Shown here piece after piece: positions 59,597-64,000 of a stretch of 64,000 nucleotides of DNA. The DNA is from an uncultured Acidobacteriota bacterium. Its GTDB lineage: Bacteria > Acidobacteriota > Thermoanaerobaculia > Multivoradales > UBA5704. The stretch spans positions 640,001 to 704,000 of the forward strand of contig CAVYRF010000001.1 in NCBI GenBank assembly GCA_963770895.1, given 5' to 3'. Positions within the stretch are counted from its first letter, which is position 1. Each line of letters starts with the position of its first letter. Both the position numbers and the translations under genes were made by a program. Below the pieces are notes generated by a model. The model did not search any database and had not been told where the DNA came from. It worked only from the letters and a program-made list of their open reading frames with translations.

Positions 59597-62500
59597 CTAC
59601 TGCGGCGCCACCATGGACGGGCAGTACGCCGGGTTCGGCGGTCCGTCCAGCACCCGGAAGATGCCCCAGATGCCGGCGGCGAAGTGGATGGCCGGGAAGG
59701 TGCGGTACAGGTAGTCGCCCGCGACCGGCGTGGTGCCGCCCGCGCTTGGCACCACGACGTCGAAGTGAGTGAGCGGCCCAACCCCGACCCGCGAACCCTT
59801 CCATTCCGCCATCGTGGGTCCGAGCTTCAGGTTGCCGTCGGGGCATTCGTTGTGGTCGGCGTCGATCACCTGCGAAGCATACAGGTTGGTGTGGGTGAGC
59901 GGCGCCTGGCAGTGGTCGCTGTGGGTGAAGTACGGCTCTTCGGAGAAGGTGTGCCCGTACAGCTCGAACACCTCGTTGGTGACGGCGCCGCCGGGGTGCA
60001 CGACGCGGAAGCGTACCGCGTCGCCCTTGGTGGCGCAGAACAGCGGCGTCTGGATCGGCACGTTGGCGGAGAAGCCGCAGGCGCCGTTGGGGCACGTGGC
60101 CTGGTCCGACAGCAGGCAGGAGAAGTCGCCGTTGGGGTTGGCTTTGCAGGTGCGCCGCGCGTCCGCGAACTGGTTGAGCACCTCGGTGCGCAGGTTGAAG
60201 GCGCCGAAGCCGCCGGCGCCGATGCGCGTGCCGCCGCTGGGAGCGGTGAAGATCACGCCGTCGTCCTGCGTTTCGAGCACGAATTCACGGAAGGTGTGGC
60301 CGCCGGCGGTAACCGTGGCGGAGGTGTGCGAGCCGGGGTCGGTGGTCCAGGTGGCACCTTCCGGCTCGATGATCAGCGAGCCGAACATGCCATAGGGATG
60401 GTGGTTGACGACGTCGGACGGCAGCAGGTTGGTGGCGCCGAACTCGACTGGAACGTGAGGGTCGGTGGCCGCCAGGTCGATGTTGCCGGCATACCAGAAG
60501 TAGGTCACCGACTGGCCGGGGGCCGCGGTCTGCTTGGGGTTGAACCCGACGTTGGCGCCGTCGCTCTGCTGCGCGTTGTACGACACCAGCTGCGGATGCA
60601 AGCCCACCGAGTGGGAAGTATTGGAGGGGATGAAGATGTTGCGCGACGCCGCCGACACGCCGTTGACCGGCTCCTGGCCCGACGAGAAACCCTGGCCCAG
60701 GGTGGTCGCGGCGGTGAGCCGGTTGTGCAGGGTGACGCGGATGCAGTCGCCGGCCGCGGCGCGCAGAACGAGCGGTTCGGCGAGCCCCGCCTTGGCGTCG
60801 TAACCCGGCACCGGCTTGCCCGCCTTGAGGGCGTTGTAGTCGGCCTGGGTGAAGTACAGGATGGCGTCGGGGGCGTACCAGCCGAGCTTGGTGTTGTACG
60901 CCAGGGTGGTGCCGCCGAACGCGTCCTTGGCGGTGGTTGCCACCACGCCGTAGCAGCGCAGCGTGTGGCCCTTGCCGTCCGTCGCGCCGCAGTCGTCCTT
61001 CATCAAGGCCGCCGGGCAGACCGACGCCGCCGCCGGCGGAGTCGCGCCGGGCACCGGGAACAGGTCCGGCAGCGGCTTGTTGTAGGCTCGCATCAACCCC
61101 CAGTTACCGGCAGTCTGTCCCTGCTTGGCACCGGTCGGCCGGTAGAGGTAGTCGGTCCAGTCCTTGGCCGCATTGTGGGTCGTCTGGCTCGGCGCCGGGG
61201 TCCTGGCCTCTTGCAGATCGGTCGGCACCTTCATGAGGTATTCGAAGTGCTCGGAGATCCCCATCGTTTCGGTTGCCCGCCAGCCGGAGTTGACGTTGCT
61301 CGGCTCGAACAGCCACTTGCCGTCGTTGAGGTGGAAGTTGTGCGGGTTCTGATGCGCGCCGACCACGATGCGCATCTGCACGTCGTCGCCGGCGTAGGTG
61401 CGCAGCAGCGGCGTGAACGGATCGTCCGCATGCACCCCCGGCGTGAGCGGGGCGTAGGGCGACTTGTGCGCGCCGGGCAGCACGCGCGGGATCGATTCGT
61501 AGACGTTGGACAGGTCGTTGACGCCCGCCGCGCCGGTGCTGTGGATGCGCGGGTAGATCGGCTCGTTGCGGTAGTTGACCGAGAAGTTCTGTGTCGCGCC
61601 GTTCAAGGTGATCAACTCGGGCTGCGAAGGCTTGCCCTGCGTCGGGAAACCCTGGCTTGCATCCGCTGCCACGTCGGCCGACGAGGTGACGATCTTGTTC
61701 ATGGGGGACGGCGGCTCGACCTTGCCGGGCGGAGTGCTGGTGGCTGCCTTGGACGCTGCGGCCTTACCGGCGCCGGTGGCAACGCCGCCCTGGGGGACCA
61801 CGATGCCGCTCGGCGGCGGGTCGATCGGCAGCGTGTCCTTCCAACCGATCTTGCGCAGCGTGGCAAGCCGCGGGTCCGTGGGCGGCAGGCCGAAGATGTT
61901 GCCGAAGGTCGTCACCTTGGCTCCGCTGCTGGCGAAGAAAAGGCTGCCATCCGACGGGATGCCAGGCACGTAGTTGCATGCCTTCGGCAGCTTCGAATTG
62001 CCGAAGTACGAATTGGCCGTCTTGGGATCAGGGATGGGGAGGTCGACCTCTTTGCAAACCTTGGTGTAGTAGACCGTCGACGACGGCTCGGTCGAGCACG
62101 CCTGGCTGTGATCGTTGGCGCAGAAGCCGCACGCGGCGCCGGTCGGGCAGTTCTTGAGCGGCGGCAGCACCGGTTTGGCAGTGGCCCCCGTCGGACGGTA
62201 GACCAGCATGCTGTCCTGGAAGGCGAACAGAAATTCGCGGAAGCTCTGGTCGGTCTGCTTGCCCTGGATGACGGCTTCCCAGCTGGTCGGGCCGCCGTCC
62301 TTGATCGTCACCCCGTTCTGCGTCGAGGTGCGGTCGCCAAGCTGGCTGCCGTTTTCGTTGTTGTGCCAGACCGAGCCGGTCGGCTCGGCCACCAGCGCCG
62401 CATACAGGCCGATCTGCTGGTGGGTCGAGGGACCGAAATGGTCGTGGGTGAAGACCGTGCGCAGGGTGTTGTCCTGGCCGGCGTCGTTGAGCGTCGGATC

Positions 62501-64000
62501 GACGTACCAGCGCTGCACCGTCGCCTGCGCGCCGCACCAGCGGCCGCCCTCGACGTCTTTGTCCGGCGACAGCTTGCAGCTGCAACGCTCGGCATTGACG
62601 TCGCCGCGGGCGCAATCGGGATCGGCGCCGAAGAACTTGATGAACTTGGCGTGCAGCGGCCCGGTTTCGGCGCCGCCGGCGCGGATGAAGTTACCCTTGT
62701 TGAAGGCGTTGATGCGCTCGACCACCTCGTCGGGCGCCAGCGTCCCGTCCTCGTAGTTCCAGCCGTTGGCGGCGCCGTCCGACGAGGTGACGTCGAACTT
62801 CACCAGGTGGATGTGCTGGCCCAGGATGTCGGTCGGCGTGCGCACCTGGAAGTCGTCCAGCTCGTACGTCTTGGGCACCAGGTTGGCAAGCACGTAGTGC
62901 ACGCAGTCGTTGGAGTTGGCGCGCATGAAGAACGGCTCGGGCGGCTTGCGCAGCGTCGTGCCGCGCAGACCCATGAAATCGAACACGTCGCCCCACAGCG
63001 CGGTCATGCGCTGCTGCGGATAGTGCCAGCCCTCCTTGTTGAACACCGCGTCGGTCTGAAAGTCGGCTGCCCAATACGACAGGCGACCCATGCCGGCCGG
63101 GACGTTGCCGTCCATGTCGACGCACGGATCGGCGTAGGGCGCGCCCGACACCGCCTTGTTGCCGTTGGTGCGGAATTCCGAGGGCGTCCCTTCGGGAGTG
63201 ATCGTCTTGTGCTCTTTCTCCTGGTGGAACGCCATCGCGACCTTTTCGATCGCGGTGCCGTTTTCGGGCAGCTCCAGACCGTTGGCTTTTTCGACTTCCT
63301 TGCTGTAGTCGAGCGGGTTGATCGCCGCCGCGTGCGCCACGCCGTCGGGCTCCACGATGTGACGCGGCAGGCCGCCGTCCAGCGCTTCACAGACGCCCGC
63401 CGAGCCGGCGCAGGCCGCGTGCCATTCGCTGCACGGTTCGCCGCTGTTCGAGCATGCCAGCGCGAAGTCGAGCGGCGGATGCGGCGCGCGGGTGCCGGCC
63501 ACGCCGGGGATGAAGAACGGATAGCCGGGGTTCTTGAACTTGTCGCCGGCGCCGGCGGCGTCGGTCGCATAGATGCAGTCGGTGAAGTTGAAATCGGTGC
63601 AGACCTGGACCTTGGTTTCGACCTTGCCGGGCTGGTCCGGCACCGGCGTGTGCACCAGGCGCACGGGGGCCGGCTCCGGCGCCATGGCCAGGGTCGGCAG
63701 CGGCACGATCGCCGGAGTGGGCGTGCCGGCCACGATCTCGGCGTCCGGCAGGGCGCGCGAATCCTTGGTCGGAATGCCTTCCGGATAGTGATTCAGCGCG
63801 GTGCCGTCTTCGAAGGTGTCGTGCACCCGCCACAAGCCCCACATGCCGGCGGCGAAGTGCGGGTAGAAGTGGCAATGGAAGATGGAGTCGCCGACGGTCA
63901 GGTTCTTGTTGCCGGCGCCGCGGTGCACGGTTTCAAGCGTGAAGCCGGTGCCGGGTCCGATCGCCTGGCTGTCCAGGTAGTGGCCGTCCGAGCTGTTGGG
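59597..64000 (-). CDS. Large multicopper oxidase, MnxG (manganese oxidase)-like; 5' end outside the window
   Basis: Frame open to the window edge ('YLDSQAIGPG'); Cu-site motifs 'FHCHFYPHFAAGM', 'QHIHLVKFD', 'FTHDHFGPSTHQ', 'HNFH', 'GLHPQL'; more than 1460 aa in the window. Confidence 0.85.
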   Translation of the reverse strand, partial: PNSSDGHYLDSQAIGPGTGFTLETVHRGAGNKNLTVGDSIFHCHFYPHFAAGMWGLWRVHDTFEDGTALNHYPEGIPTKDSRALPDAEIVAGTPTPAIVPLPTLAMAPEPAPVRLVHTPVPDQPGKVETKVQVCTDFNFTDCIYATDAAGAGDKFKNPGYPFFIPGVAGTRAPHPPLDFALACSNSGEPCSEWHAACAGSAGVCEALDGGLPRHIVEPDGVAHAAAINPLDYSKEVEKANGLELPENGTAIEKVAMAFHQEKEHKTITPEGTPSEFRTNGNKAVSGAPYADPCVDMDGNVPAGMGRLSYWAADFQTDAVFNKEGWHYPQQRMTALWGDVFDFMGLRGTTLRKPPEPFFMRANSNDCVHYVLANLVPKTYELDDFQVRTPTDILGQHIHLVKFDVTSSDGAANGWNYEDGTLAPDEVVERINAFNKGNFIRAGGAETGPLHAKFIKFFGADPDCARGDVNAERCSCKLSPDKDVEGGRWCGAQATVQRWYVDPTLNDAGQDNTLRTVFTHDHFGPSTHQQIGLYAALVAEPTGSVWHNNENGSQLGDRTSTQNGVTIKDGGPTSWEAVIQGKQTDQSFREFLFAFQDSMLVYRPTGATAKPVLPPLKNCPTGAACGFCANDHSQACSTEPSSTVYYTKVCKEVDLPIPDPKTANSYFGNSKLPKACNYVPGIPSDGSLFFASSGAKVTTFGNIFGLPPTDPRLATLRKIGWKDTLPIDPPPSGIVVPQGGVATGAGKAAASKAATSTPPGKVEPPSPMNKIVTSSADVAADASQGFPTQGKPSQPELITLNGATQNFSVNYRNEPIYPRIHSTGAAGVNDLSNVYESIPRVLPGAHKSPYAPLTPGVHADDPFTPLLRTYAGDDVQMRIVVGAHQNPHNFHLNDGKWLFEPSNVNSGWRATETMGISEHFEYLMKVPTDLQEARTPAPSQTTHNAAKDWTDYLYRPTGAKQGQTAGNWGLMRAYNKPLPDLFPVPGATPPAAASVCPAALMKDDCGATDGKGHTLRCYGVVATTAKDAFGGTTLAYNTKLGWYAPDAILYFTQADYNALKAGKPVPGYDAKAGLAEPLVLRAAAGDCIRVTLHNRLTAATTLGQGFSSGQEPVNGVSAASRNIFIPSNTSHSVGLHPQLVSYNAQQSDGANVGFNPKQTAAPGQSVTYFWYAGNIDLAATDPHVPVEFGATNLLPSDVVNHHPYGMFGSLIIEPEGATWTTDPGSHTSATVTAGGHTFREFVLETQDDGVIFTAPSGGTRIGAGGFGAFNLRTEVLNQFADARRTCKANPNGDFSCLLSDQATCPNGACGFSANVPIQTPLFCATKGDAVRFRVVHPGGAVTNEVFELYGHTFSEEPYFTHSDHCQAPLTHTNLYASQVIDADHNECPDGNLKLGPTMAEWKGSRVGVGPLTHFDVVVPSAGGTTPVAGDYLYRTFPAIHFAAGIWGIFRVLDGPPNPAYCPSMVAPQ

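Overview
Very GC-rich bacterial DNA. Gene content (MacB-type permeases, Asp-box repeat proteins, a PKD protein with a C-terminal 'FYTVTPCRVLDTR' domain, anti-sigma/TPR family) suggests Acidobacteriota, probably Thermoanaerobaculia (inference). From left to right: two ABC permeases; a tandem lipoprotein pair; a three-gene RiPP operon (TAT-exported Cys-rich precursor, DUF692/MNIO enzyme, DUF2063 partner) close to a Cu(I)-type P1B ATPase; a collapsed fatty-acid modification (cfa) operon relic; modA; an accessory stretch at about 12-27 kb (three toxin-antitoxin modules, an unannotated 47-aa RiPP-leader peptide, an IS200/IS605-like end relic, ankyrin proteins, decayed TPR genes between direct repeats, radical SAM plus glycosyltransferase, a broken sedolisin, a stand-alone TIR protein); malate synthase with a divergent RamB-type regulator; a 14x14-bp tandem array; RNase P RNA; the housekeeping run ldcA ... 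trpS-scpA-scpB-rluB-cmk with large repeat-built extensions; DUF222-HNH; MntA-HepT; an Asp-box protein with a decayed tandem copy; and, at the right edge, a very large MnxG-like multicopper oxidase followed by a beta-propeller partner. Best candidates for something new: the TAT-exported MNIO RiPP (probably copper-related), the MnxG-like locus, the hidden RiPP-leader peptide and the stand-alone TIR fusion. All family calls come from reading motifs by eye; no database searches were run.
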